Translations under genes and position numbers: made by a program | Origin: Balamuthia mandrillaris | Lineage: Eukaryota | NCBI GenBank assembly: GCA_031835245.2 | Contig: JAVKOQ020000017.1 | Location: 1-64,000 of the forward strand | Length of the DNA: 64,000 nucleotides | Reading direction: 5' to 3' | Shown: one piece after another, positions 54,673 through 64,000 of the stretch | Layout: every line of letters begins with the position of its first letter | Numbering within the stretch: position 1 is the stretch's first letter | The notes under the pieces: generated by a model | Seen by the model: only the letters and a program-made list of their open reading frames with translations | What the model was told of the DNA's origin: nothing | The model's database searches: none

Positions 54673-57600
54673 TTAGGAAGCATCGGTCTCGCTCATCATC
54701 GGTCTTCTCTGTGGTTTTCTCTGTGGCCTTCTCCTTTGTGGTCCTTGTGGCCTATCCTTTGACATATGGATCAACCTCTTACCCTCTCCCGCCGGTAGTT
54801 CATCCAATGAAGAAGAAGAAGCTCCAGCCCCACTTCCTGCACCAGGACGGGGACTGCTCGAAGGTCCTCCGCTTCCACCGGTAACACGAAGACCTCCTTC
54901 GTTGCTATCGCCAGGCTCGTCCGTGCCAGAGGATGCTTCAGAACTACTGGGAGAGACGCGCTTGTTGCCCTTGGGAGGAGGCGTGGGCAGAACTTTGGGA
55001 GGCTTGGAGCCTTTGGGAGGGAGCTGTGGGGGGATTCTTCGAGCAGAGCCTGGTTCGATGGGCGGAAGCACAAAGCCACCGGGAGGAGGATGGATTCCTG
55101 CCACCATTGGAGCGGATGCCCCAGAGGAGGACAAAGAGGGAGAAGGAGAAGAGTTGGAAGGAGAAGAGGAAGAGGAATCATCCAACGATTGGCGGGCGGA
55201 AGTGGGAGGAGCGCCAGAGGCAGAGTCGCTGTCTTGGTTGCCACGGACGCCATAGAGGATGTCCTCCAATTGATCCAGCAGTTTGTTGACGACCTCATCC
55301 CCTACTTCCTCAATGGTCTTAACTAGCACAGCCCCAAACTCATCCGCGATCTGTGAGGCAGCTCCTTGCGCCAAGATTCTGCTGACCTGCTCTGCGGGCA
55401 ACGACTTTTGCACACGCTCCTTCAAACGATTGGAGAGATCTGCCAGTGTTGCTCTGTCAAAGCTGCCATAGGACTGCTCCAATTGCTGCAGGACGCGTTC
55501 CACCAGTTGGCCGTGAGTCTGTTGAAGGAAAGGCAGCAACTTGGAGGCGAACTCGCCGCAACGAGACTTGACCTCGTCCTCCACGCCCATGGCCACCTCT
55601 TCCTGGATCAAATGCAGCGCCGAGAGGTGGGTATCGTTATCTTCCGCGTCCTTCAAGACCTTGGCCTGGTCGGGTGTGATATTGCCTTCTCCCGTGGCGT
55701 TCTTGATGCGCAAGCGCAACTTCTGTATTTCCTCTCGCTCCCCAGCGCCCAGCATGTTGATGTGTGAGGTGTAGCCCTTTCGCTTCTCGAAGCGGCTCTT
55801 GGGGGAGAGGTTTCGGGCGATGGCAGCAGATATCTCTGACACGATCTCATGGATGGCTGCCTGAGAGCTGTGGCCTTCCGCTTTCAGCAGGTCACTGACA
55901 TCAATAATCGGCACGGTCATGTAGACTAAGACGGTGTTGCGCTCCAAACCGGTTCTAAAGCCTTGGAAACCAGGCAGGCGCGTGCCATTGCGATCCCATT
56001 CTAGGGATTGCAGGCTGCGGTTGGTTTGAAGGGCTTTACCGAGGGCAATACCGCCTTTGTCGCCCATGGCATGCCCGCTAACGTTGAGATGCTTGAGGGT
56101 GTCGTTAGTGGCGAGGGCGTAGATGAAAGGCAGCAGGTCGTTCTTGAGCTCGTTGCCAGAAATATTGGTGCTGAGGTCAAGGCGTTCAAGAGGATTCTCG
56201 GAGCAAACAAGCTCCACGAGTGCGTCTATCATTTGTAACCTTGACTTGGTCTTGCCTGGAATGAAGGCAAAAGAGAAAAAAAAATGAGAAATAGAAAACA
56301 AAACAAAACAAGATATCCTCGGAGGGAAAAACGTGTGTTTGTGAGAGAGGAGAAACCTTTAAAGTTATCGCCAATTTTGAGTTCTTTGATACCAGTGTTG
56401 GCACAGAGTCCTTCCGCCAGGATGGAAATGCCTTCATCTCCCAACTCGTTGTTGCTCAGGTCCAAAGACTCAACATTAGCGAGGTCAGTGGCCAAACCGC
56501 TGATCATGTTGGCTCCTAAGACGCCCAACTTATTGTCGGCAATGTCGATTTGGATGTTTTGAAGGTATTTGTTGTCTGCAATAGCTTTCAAAACGTCCCT
56601 CAAAATATTCACTGGAAGAATTCAAGAGTCAACATGAGAATGATGCAAAGATAAAGGAATGAGTGGACTATGAGAATGACAGAGATTAGTACCAGGGATG
56701 GCCGTATCTCTAAGTTTAAGGATTCGCAACTTTGAACAAGACTGAATAAACTTTTTGAACACGGGTCCACACTTAGGTGTGACCTTATTGTGAGAAAGAT
56801 CTAGGACCTCTATCTCAGTGCATCCTCTCATAGCAGCCGCGAGGATCGTCTCCAAGTTGGCTGTCGTGTTATCCAGGTTGAGCACTTTTAGCGCGTTGGT
56901 GGAGGAGAGATAGTTAGCGAGAGCGGAGGAGCCATCGTTGTCCAGCCGGTTGTGGCTGACGTCGAGATGGACCAAGGTCTTGGGCATGTGGGGATTTTTT
57001 TTGAGGCCGTTGGCGAGGGCACTCATGCCTTTCTTACCGCCATCACAGTGAGATACATCCAAATAAGCCACGCCTGTTTAACAGGTACGATTAACCGAAG
57101 AAACAGAGAGTGAGAAGGCAAGATAGAAAGGACAAAGGAAAAAAGAGAAACCATGATTGAGAGAGGCTACAGCAGCGCCAAGAGCGGCAACACCCTTGTC
57201 AGAGGCAGGATTCCAGGACCAATCGATGGAGGTAAGGCTGCTGCCCTTGTTTTTCGCGATAGCATCTCCAACCTGCTCAAAGGCTGAGGAGTTGCCCTCC
57301 ACTTTGCTCAAAACTAACTCCTCAATGGTAGTGTTCTCCTGCAACATCTCTGCCACAATCCTCAATGCGTCCTTGTCGAACTTGTAGTCCCTGGCCACGA
57401 AACCGGTGAAGTATGTGTTCCAGTGAAGAGCATCCACCAACGCACGGAAATCACCAGGTGTCACCGGCTGCTCCAATTCGCGAAGGTTGAACTCTTTGAC
57501 GTTATTGGCAGGGAGAAGGTTGTCCATGTCCCAACAGATGTCCGCTCGGATGGGCACCCGGTACATGTCACAGAGGCATTGGTATGTGTTAGAAAAGCCG

Positions 57601-57702
57601 CCGCTGGTTTTGGCTAATGTTGCTTGAGCTGTATCGAACAGAAAAACCAGTGTTAAAGAAGCGACAGAAAAAAAAAAGAGAATACCAACGTAAAACATAA
57701 AC

Positions 57703-57741
<39 letters not shown>

Positions 57742-58714
57742 TCGAGTTAGGTACTTGGTCCATCAACGTTTTTGATCCTGGAAGGAGGGTCAACCGAGAG
57801 AGTAAACCGCAGTTGGTCGGGCATGTTGAAAAAGCTGTTTTGGAAGGATTGGCGCAGGTGTGTGATGATGTCGTCAGCGGCGCATTCTCGCAACACCACT
57901 GGAAAAGATTTAAATACAAGTTGCACCTTTGTTGTTTGAAAAACAACAGATATTCTCTTCATGAGAAGAAAGAAAAGAAAAAAGAATAGAAAGAACAACA
58001 AAGAAGAGAAGGTGAGGGAGAAAGTAAGAAAAGAGAGCGTAACGCACCGAAGCTTCATCTTTGGAGTTAACCTCCTTCAGCTCAAGCATGCTTGCGTCCC
58101 TGAACAACTGTTAACAACAACAATCGTCAATAAGAAGAAGAAGAAGAAGAAGAAGAAGAAAAGGAAGAAGAGGAAGAAGAGGAAGAAGAACAAGAACAAG
58201 AACAAGAACAAGAACAAGAACAAGAACAAGAACAAGAACAAGAACAAGAACAAGAACAAGAACAAGAACAAGAACAAGAACAAGAACAAGAAGATCAGAA
58301 AGAAACGACAAGAAACAAAGACACAAAGAAAGAAACGACAAAAGAAAGAAACCTTTGCAGAGTTTCCTTTCAGTTGGAAGAAGTAAACCCGAAACTTGCC
58401 GATGACACAAAGCCTTTCCTCCGTCTTTTTCTTGCTCACGTTCTCCAGGTAATAACCTGCCCATTCCACCTCTTCCTTTCTCTGCTGCAACACAGAGCGA
58501 ATCAGCTCTAAACGGTGCATTGCAGGCAGCCCCAAACAAATAGTAAAGTCGATGTAATATAGAGTCCAACAGAGGAAAGAAAGAAGGAAAGAAGAAGAAG
58601 AAGAAAGAGAGAATATTTGAGTTTTTTTGTGTCGGCTGGATGCAAAAAAAAAAAAGCAACAACACCTTTCTCGCTGGCCGTCACTTCTTTCCTCGCTACG
58701 GATGCTCCTTCCAT
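54673..58714 (-). CDS. CARMIL: CARMIL (Acan125-like): PH-like N-terminus, LRRs, Pro-rich tail, capping-protein-binding motif
   Basis: GGFSNTYQCLCDMY..ICWDMDN; LHWNTYFTGF; many LRRs; LQTNRSLQSLEWDRN; C-terminal LIHMSKDRPQGPQRRRP (CPI-type LxHxxxxRP). Confidence 0.9.
58132..58292. repeat. (AAG)n/(AAGAAC)n microsatellite in a CARMIL intron
   Basis: Direct reading. Confidence 0.9.
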
Positions 58715-59129
58715 CTTGTTTCCACTATGCTTACGCTATATAGACTTCTCTCCGAACCAAACGTTTTTTTTTTTTAAAAAAAAGGCGAGATATGCAAAAG
58801 AAAAGAGACGAAACGCGAGTATTGCAACTGGAACCAGATCTTGGCCACGTCCGTTGTGCAAACAAAAAAAAAACCTCTTGCAGTTACCACCCCGATCAAA
58901 GTTCTTTTTCGTGTTTCGTGGAGTGCCGCCCTTTTCCACAAACCACCAAAAATAAAAAATGCGGTCAAATATTGGATTTTTTCGGCAATTTTCACGAATT
59001 TAGTAATATTCACGGAGTTACAAGGGCAACCAACCATAATCAATTAAAATTCGAACTCCGTAGATGCTTTTTTATGAGGGGTCGTTGCCTCTGGTGGTTT
59101 CATGCTGACGTCATGCCAAGGAATGAATC

Positions 59130-59310
59130 AGGCATTGAGGAAGGTCCCTTGCAGCAGCCGCTCTCGGGGGCATGGAAATGCCGTAAATGGCTACAAGGTT
59201 GGCTGTAGGGCGGTGCGCTTTTCAAGTGGGACTTTGACAAGAGAGAAGAGCTGCAGGAGCAAGGGCTTTGGCTTTGTGGAGTTTGCACGGAGGAGGCCCA
59301 GAAGGCTGCT
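59130..59310 (+). pseudogene. Possible RRM gene fragment
   Basis: RNP1 octamer KGFGFVEF at 59261-59284, followed by EEAQKA in a shifted frame; no coherent gene around it. Confidence 0.4.
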
Positions 59311-60919
59311 CTTTCTTGCAGTCATTACATTGAAAAAGCAACTTTTACTTTTTTCTCTAGCTTGGCTCATCAGTTCATCGGCCATGCGTGTGTGCTTTTT
59401 TGCCCTCAAAAACAAGGCTGTGCCTCAAACTTCGGCGAAGGGTAAACCAGGACCAACAAATGAAACGCAGGAGTGTCAACCCCTTTGTTTGGTGCGCCAG
59501 GTGAGCAACACCATTCGCGCACAAAACAAAGAGCACACTCCACAATACTACGGGCGGTGATCGCACTTATCACCTGTGTGTTAACTCCAGCTGTTTTGCA
59601 CCACGACAAACAAGAGATGGGATATCAGTGAGAAAGGAAGGAGAGCAGAGAGAGAGAGAGAGAAAGAGAGAGAATGGTATTTCTACTACAACCTGTTGCA
59701 AGAGGTACAACACCAGACGACAATCACACACAAGGGGGTTGTTGGGTGTGCCAGTGCGCCAAAGAAAAAGCAGGTGACCAACGCACATACATACGACCTT
59801 CTACAAAAAACCACTTCTGTCCAGACTTAAAACCATTGATGCAACCAACCCCTACAAAGAAAGAGGAAAAAAAAGGTGAAAAGAGAGAAAGAGAGGAGGC
59901 AAAGGACGCATAGAAAAAAGGGAGAGAAAAGCTACAGCAGTAGCACAACAAACCACTTGTTGCTCCGCCGCTGCACTTACCACCCCACAATTTACAAATG
60001 TTGAGCTAAACATAAAATAAACAACGTTATCACCCACCAATATCCTCCAGAGTGCGTCCGAATAATGAAAAAGAACCTCGTCTGTGTGTTTCTTTTGTGT
60101 TTTACAAGTGTGGCTTTGAAAAGTAACAAAGCAAAGAAAAAAAACGGTGGTGCGATGTGGGCCTCCCTACCTCCTTCGTCTTCGTCCAGTGCGAACGCAA
60201 CGACAACGGAGAGAAATCTTTCCCTCTTGTCGGCTTCACAGTCGCGCGAGAGCTGTCCCTTGGTTCGCCAGCCACTATTGTGCTGTTTGTGTTGTTTGGG
60301 CGGTCGGATGGCGTGTTGCTGTAAGCACTGCAACAACACACAATGCGAAACGGAAAAAAGAACGAACTTAACCACTTTTCTCTTGCTTCACGGGAAGGAG
60401 CCTCGGCAAGTTTCCATTGCCGCGTTGCTCTGACGAAGCGGGAGGAGCAGAGCTATTGTTCATCGGCATAGTCAACGTGATCGGAGTTGCCGTTACAGGC
60501 GGGGCACCACTGCTGCAAGCACCATTTACATTATTGCTGCCTGTGAAGGAGAGCCGAGGAGCGCCACCAGGCAGAGACCAGAACCTGCTAAAGCTGCCGC
60601 TGTTGCTGCGAGAGAGCGAAGGAGAGCGGTAATAATAATCAGAGCGAGGAGAGAGACGCCGCGGCGAGGAGACGAAGTGATTGTTGTGGTTGTTGTGTTG
60701 TTGGGGATTGTGGTTCGAAGCAGCTAATAAAAATATCGGTGTGCGAAGAATGCAGAAGAAGGTGAATGCAAGGAATCAACGAAGATAGGAAGAAGGACGC
60801 AAGAGGAGAGAAGCAAACCCGTTCTAAAGAGGGGAATTGGCCATCCGACCGCCAAAAATATAAAAACAAACTAAAAACCAAACAAAAAAATGGCAGCAAA
60901 AAAGACCAAACTCCCCTTT

Positions 60920-62338
60920 TTAGACCGAGCAGCTTTCCTCCTCCGCGTCATCATAGGAACCAGAAAGGAGGAGAGAAGGTTGGGCAAGGAAATAGTCACC
61001 TTCGTTGGATGTCGACGAGGGCAAAAACATGGCAAAGAGTTCTTCGAAGTTGGGTTCAGCGGGAGACTCCGTTTCCGTAGTTGCCGATGTGGTCTGAGTT
61101 GTGGATGAGGGAAGTAGTTCTTGAGAGGAACGAAGATGATGATGATTCAAAACAGAAAAGAGGTCTTCGCTGCCAGCCGGTCTGTTGTAGAAGTCCTCAA
61201 AGTTATTGAGGCCCGAATAAGGCGAGCCGGTGGCCACGTTCCGTCCTACCTCCCTTTGAAGGCCTTCGCTCCAAAGGCGGTCAATTACCTCGGGGAGCTT
61301 GCCCGCTATGTCGGAAGGGATTGTCCGCACCACCTTTCTTACCGTTTCGGGTCGTTCTTCAGCAGCCATATTGTTGTAGGCCTCTACCAAGCCGTGTAAG
61401 TGCTTGGTGAATCGGGCCTGCGCGCTGAGCCCCTTTTTTTCCGCAGGTTCTTTGGCCTTATCGGTTTCCTGTTCCTCCGTGCGTTGACGCTTTTGCGCGC
61501 GTTGTTCGGCAGGAGCAGCAGTCTCTTCCTCTTGTTCCGCTTTCACTTGGGGAGCCTGAGCGAGAGCAGCAGCTCCGCTTGCAGAAGCAAGGGTGCGAAG
61601 GATGGTTCCCATCAGCTCCTGCTGCTCTTTCTGTTGCGCCTCGATCCGAGACAGGCTCTCCTTCAGTGTGTCGTTGAAGGTGCGTTTAGCACCCTTGGCC
61701 ACCGCAGTTCGATTCCGCTTCAGCTGCGCCGGCTTGGAGACGACCTTGATCGGCTCGGAATAGACGGGAGCGGGCAGCTCTAAAGGGGAGCCGGTCGAGG
61801 TGGTCGGTCGGAACTTGACAAGGAAAAACATGTCCTCGTGTTGGGAGGAGAGCACACTCAGCTTCATGTCCACCAGAACGGACTGGCCATTATTGGAGAC
61901 CTTGCAGTCGTACTCCATGGGAGGGGACTTGATGAAGTCCACCATCTTTTCTGCCGCAGAGTTGGTGTCGTATAGAAGGGAGGCCTTTACGGTGAATCTG
62001 TGAAAGTTAACGTCAGCGGGAATTTGGCCCTCCAGTCCAAGCTCCATCTCAAAGGGGTTGTTCTTGATGACGGCATGCACGTTCTTCTTCACACCGTTCT
62101 TGTAGATCTTGTCCTGCTCCAACGAGCCCTGCCGCCGCACCACCAATCGATAGGGCGCAGTGGAGGCAGCTTTTGTGGTTGCGGATGTGGAGGGAGCAGA
62201 GGCTGTGGTTTGTTTGGGTTGCGTTTGAGGGGCAGGCACAGTGGGCCGTGCGGCCGTCGTTGTCGTGGTTGTTTTGCGCTCCAAGTCCATCTTTTCAGAA
62301 GCGCTGTGTGTTGTTGTAGCGGAGATGGGTTGTTGCAT
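60920..62338 (-). CDS. Intronless CudA-family (amoebozoan, STAT-like DNA-binding) transcription factor
   Basis: VHAVIKNNPF..ASLLYD..VDFIKSPPMEY..VLSSQHEDMFF..SEPIKVVSKP, then a coiled coil; recognised from memory of Dictyostelium CudA/Entamoeba ECudA cores. Confidence 0.75.
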   Translation of the reverse strand: MQQPISATTTHSASEKMDLERKTTTTTTAARPTVPAPQTQPKQTTASAPSTSATTKAASTAPYRLVVRRQGSLEQDKIYKNGVKKNVHAVIKNNPFEMELGLEGQIPADVNFHRFTVKASLLYDTNSAAEKMVDFIKSPPMEYDCKVSNNGQSVLVDMKLSVLSSQHEDMFFLVKFRPTTSTGSPLELPAPVYSEPIKVVSKPAQLKRNRTAVAKGAKRTFNDTLKESLSRIEAQQKEQQELMGTILRTLASASGAAALAQAPQVKAEQEEETAAPAEQRAQKRQRTEEQETDKAKEPAEKKGLSAQARFTKHLHGLVEAYNNMAAEERPETVRKVVRTIPSDIAGKLPEVIDRLWSEGLQREVGRNVATGSPYSGLNNFEDFYNRPAGSEDLFSVLNHHHLRSSQELLPSSTTQTTSATTETESPAEPNFEELFAMFLPSSTSNEGDYFLAQPSLLLSGSYDDAEEESCSV

Positions 62339-62848
62339 CTCTAAAAATCAAAGGGAAAAATCAGTAGCGCGCTTTGCGAAAGAGCTGCTACCTGGAGGGG
62401 GAAAAAAATAATCAAAGTGTGTGTTTTTAATGTAGCGGTCGTGTAGCGTGTAGTGTTGTTGCGAGGGGGGAAAGAAAAAAAGTGAAAAAGTCGGGAAAAA
62501 GAAGCTTTTATGTGGCTGCCACAACAATAGGTGAAGCCGATTCCCCAACCTTTCCTGGGCAACCCTCGACGCAGATTTGCTATATCAAGCATGGGTGACG
62601 TTGGCTTGCTGATGTGGCACAAGCTCTGCCCGTGTTCTGCGAATGAAATCTGAAGAAAAACTGCGCCAATTATCGTGCATTTTGGCGAACAATTGGAAGA
62701 AATTGAGAATAATCGATTGGCAGGTACAACTTTGTTGATTTTTCGATAAACCTCTGTTTGAATTGATTGTAACCTACTCACTTTGAGGTTCCCGCCAATT
62801 TTTGTCTACAAAAAATGAAAGTAAATACTGTAAAAAAAAGTAGCGCAA

Positions 62849-64000
62849 ATGAAACGGAAGGCAAGAAGAATAGAGGAGGATGAGGCGGAGGAGGGAACAA
62901 AGAGTGAAGGGGAGGAGGAGGATGAGGAGGAAGAGTTGAAGCAGCATACAGTGGTTGAGTTGCGAAGGTTGTTGAAGGAAATGGGCCTGCGTGTCGGCGG
63001 TACCAAGAAAGAGCTCATTCAACGTATCATCGATGAAAGACGACGCTTGGCTCAAGACGACGAGGACAGCCAAGACGAAGTGGCAGAGGAGGAGGCAGGA
63101 GGAGGAGGAGGAGGAGAAGAAGAAGAACCAGAAGTGGAGGGCAAAGAATCAGAAGAGGAAGGGCGAGACAGAGACAACCGAGCAGCAGAAACGTATTGGG
63201 TACCCGATAAATCAGAAACAGAGGGGGCGAAGGTCGCTGAAGAAATCGAAGAAGAAGAAGAAGAAGAAGAAGAACAAGAAGGAGAACAAGAAGCACCAGT
63301 AGAGCATGACGGGGCGATGCTGGTAACGAGAGACATCGATAAACAAGCAAAAGATGGATCAGATCATGCGGTTGTAGTCGAAGAACAACAAACAGGGATG
63401 CAAAAAGAGCAAGACGGAACGGACGCCACAGCCACAAAGGAACTACCTCACGCAACGAGCCTCTGCAACACTTCAACCGTTGTCAATGTTTCTGAAGCAG
63501 TGAGTTTGATCGATACGTGCACAAAGGGCGATACTCAACCCAAAGCAACACTGTTATCGCAACAACATATGCGTGCCTACCGTAACGAAGACGACGGAGA
63601 CGGCTCCAACGAAGAAAACTTTTTTCAAGATGTGCCCTCTTCCTCCAAAAAAGAACAGAGAAACAAACCAGCGGCATTTTCATCCTCTCCTCTTCCTTCC
63701 AACAGCATCGCTACATCAGCATCACCTCTTTCAAGTGTTCATCCCTCGTTCCTTCGTTCCTTCCACAGCTTTGCGATCTTTCTTCGCGTCACTTTACTGC
63801 TATTTCTCATTGTCATCATCAGTCGTCCATTTGCGGCTCTTCCCTCTTCTTCTCCTCCTTCTCCATCGCCTTTCTCTTCGTTGTCTTTCTACAGTATCCT
63901 GCCTCTCATTGCCCTTGTCTGTTGCATCGTTTGCTTTGCTTGGCTTCATCACCTGAACTCTCTTCTTTCCTCAGATACATCTTCTGTCTCCTCAAAAAAG
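62849..64000 (+). CDS. SAP-domain protein with an acidic region and two predicted TM helices (3' incomplete)
   Basis: Open frame from ATG 62849 to the window end; SAP LKQHTVVELRRLLKEMGLRVGGTKKELIQRI; hydrophobic FAIFLRVTLLLFLIVII and ILPLIALVCCIVCFAW. Confidence 0.8.
   Translation, partial: MKRKARRIEEDEAEEGTKSEGEEEDEEEELKQHTVVELRRLLKEMGLRVGGTKKELIQRIIDERRRLAQDDEDSQDEVAEEEAGGGGGGEEEEPEVEGKESEEEGRDRDNRAAETYWVPDKSETEGAKVAEEIEEEEEEEEEQEGEQEAPVEHDGAMLVTRDIDKQAKDGSDHAVVVEEQQTGMQKEQDGTDATATKELPHATSLCNTSTVVNVSEAVSLIDTCTKGDTQPKATLLSQQHMRAYRNEDDGDGSNEENFFQDVPSSSKKEQRNKPAAFSSSPLPSNSIATSASPLSSVHPSFLRSFHSFAIFLRVTLLLFLIVIISRPFAALPSSSPPSPSPFSSLSFYSILPLIALVCCIVCFAWLHHLNSLLSSDTSSVSSKK

Noticed and set aside
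57961..58665. KN-, LF- and VL-repeat ORFs (similar ones at 52094-52567)
   Set aside because: Translations of intronic microsatellites
59320..60900. Short ORFs between CARMIL and the CudA-like gene
   Set aside because: No recognisable domains or consistent exon chain; probably UTR or intergenic

Overview
Eukaryotic, intron-rich amoebozoan DNA. The 18S rRNA carries the Balamuthia mandrillaris diagnostic primer and probe sites, as I recall them. The window has two halves. (1) About 1-23.3 kb is a gene-free, CpG-eroded island of nested, decayed Ty3/gypsy chromovirus-type LTR retrotransposons (at least five LTR families, 4-bp TSDs). It encloses one complete rDNA unit (18S-5.8S-28S, minus strand) with no tandem neighbour, and ends at a tRNA-Asp gene. 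(2) About 23.8-64 kb is compact and gene-dense: ARV1, an SNF1/CAMK-like kinase, oligopeptidase B, a large EH-RGS-START-SH3-RasGAP protein, RCL1, UXT, a small AT-hook/chromodomain protein, FAM192A/PIP30, UFD2/UBE4 with an apparent N-terminal membrane anchor, a minimal Abi, a 1.2-kb IS5/ISL2-like TIR transposon, CARMIL, a CudA-family transcription factor and a SAP plus two-TM protein running off the end. Best leads: the solitary rDNA in a chromovirus island with a tRNA boundary (candidate centromere-like domain); LTR elements with oligo-T instead of a tRNA primer site and 5' hairpins; the compact IS-like transposon in a palindromic target; the five-domain dual-GAP protein; the membrane-anchored E4 ligase; and a recurring TGTCGACA promoter motif. 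Family calls are by eye with no database searches, and many TE remnant boundaries are approximate.
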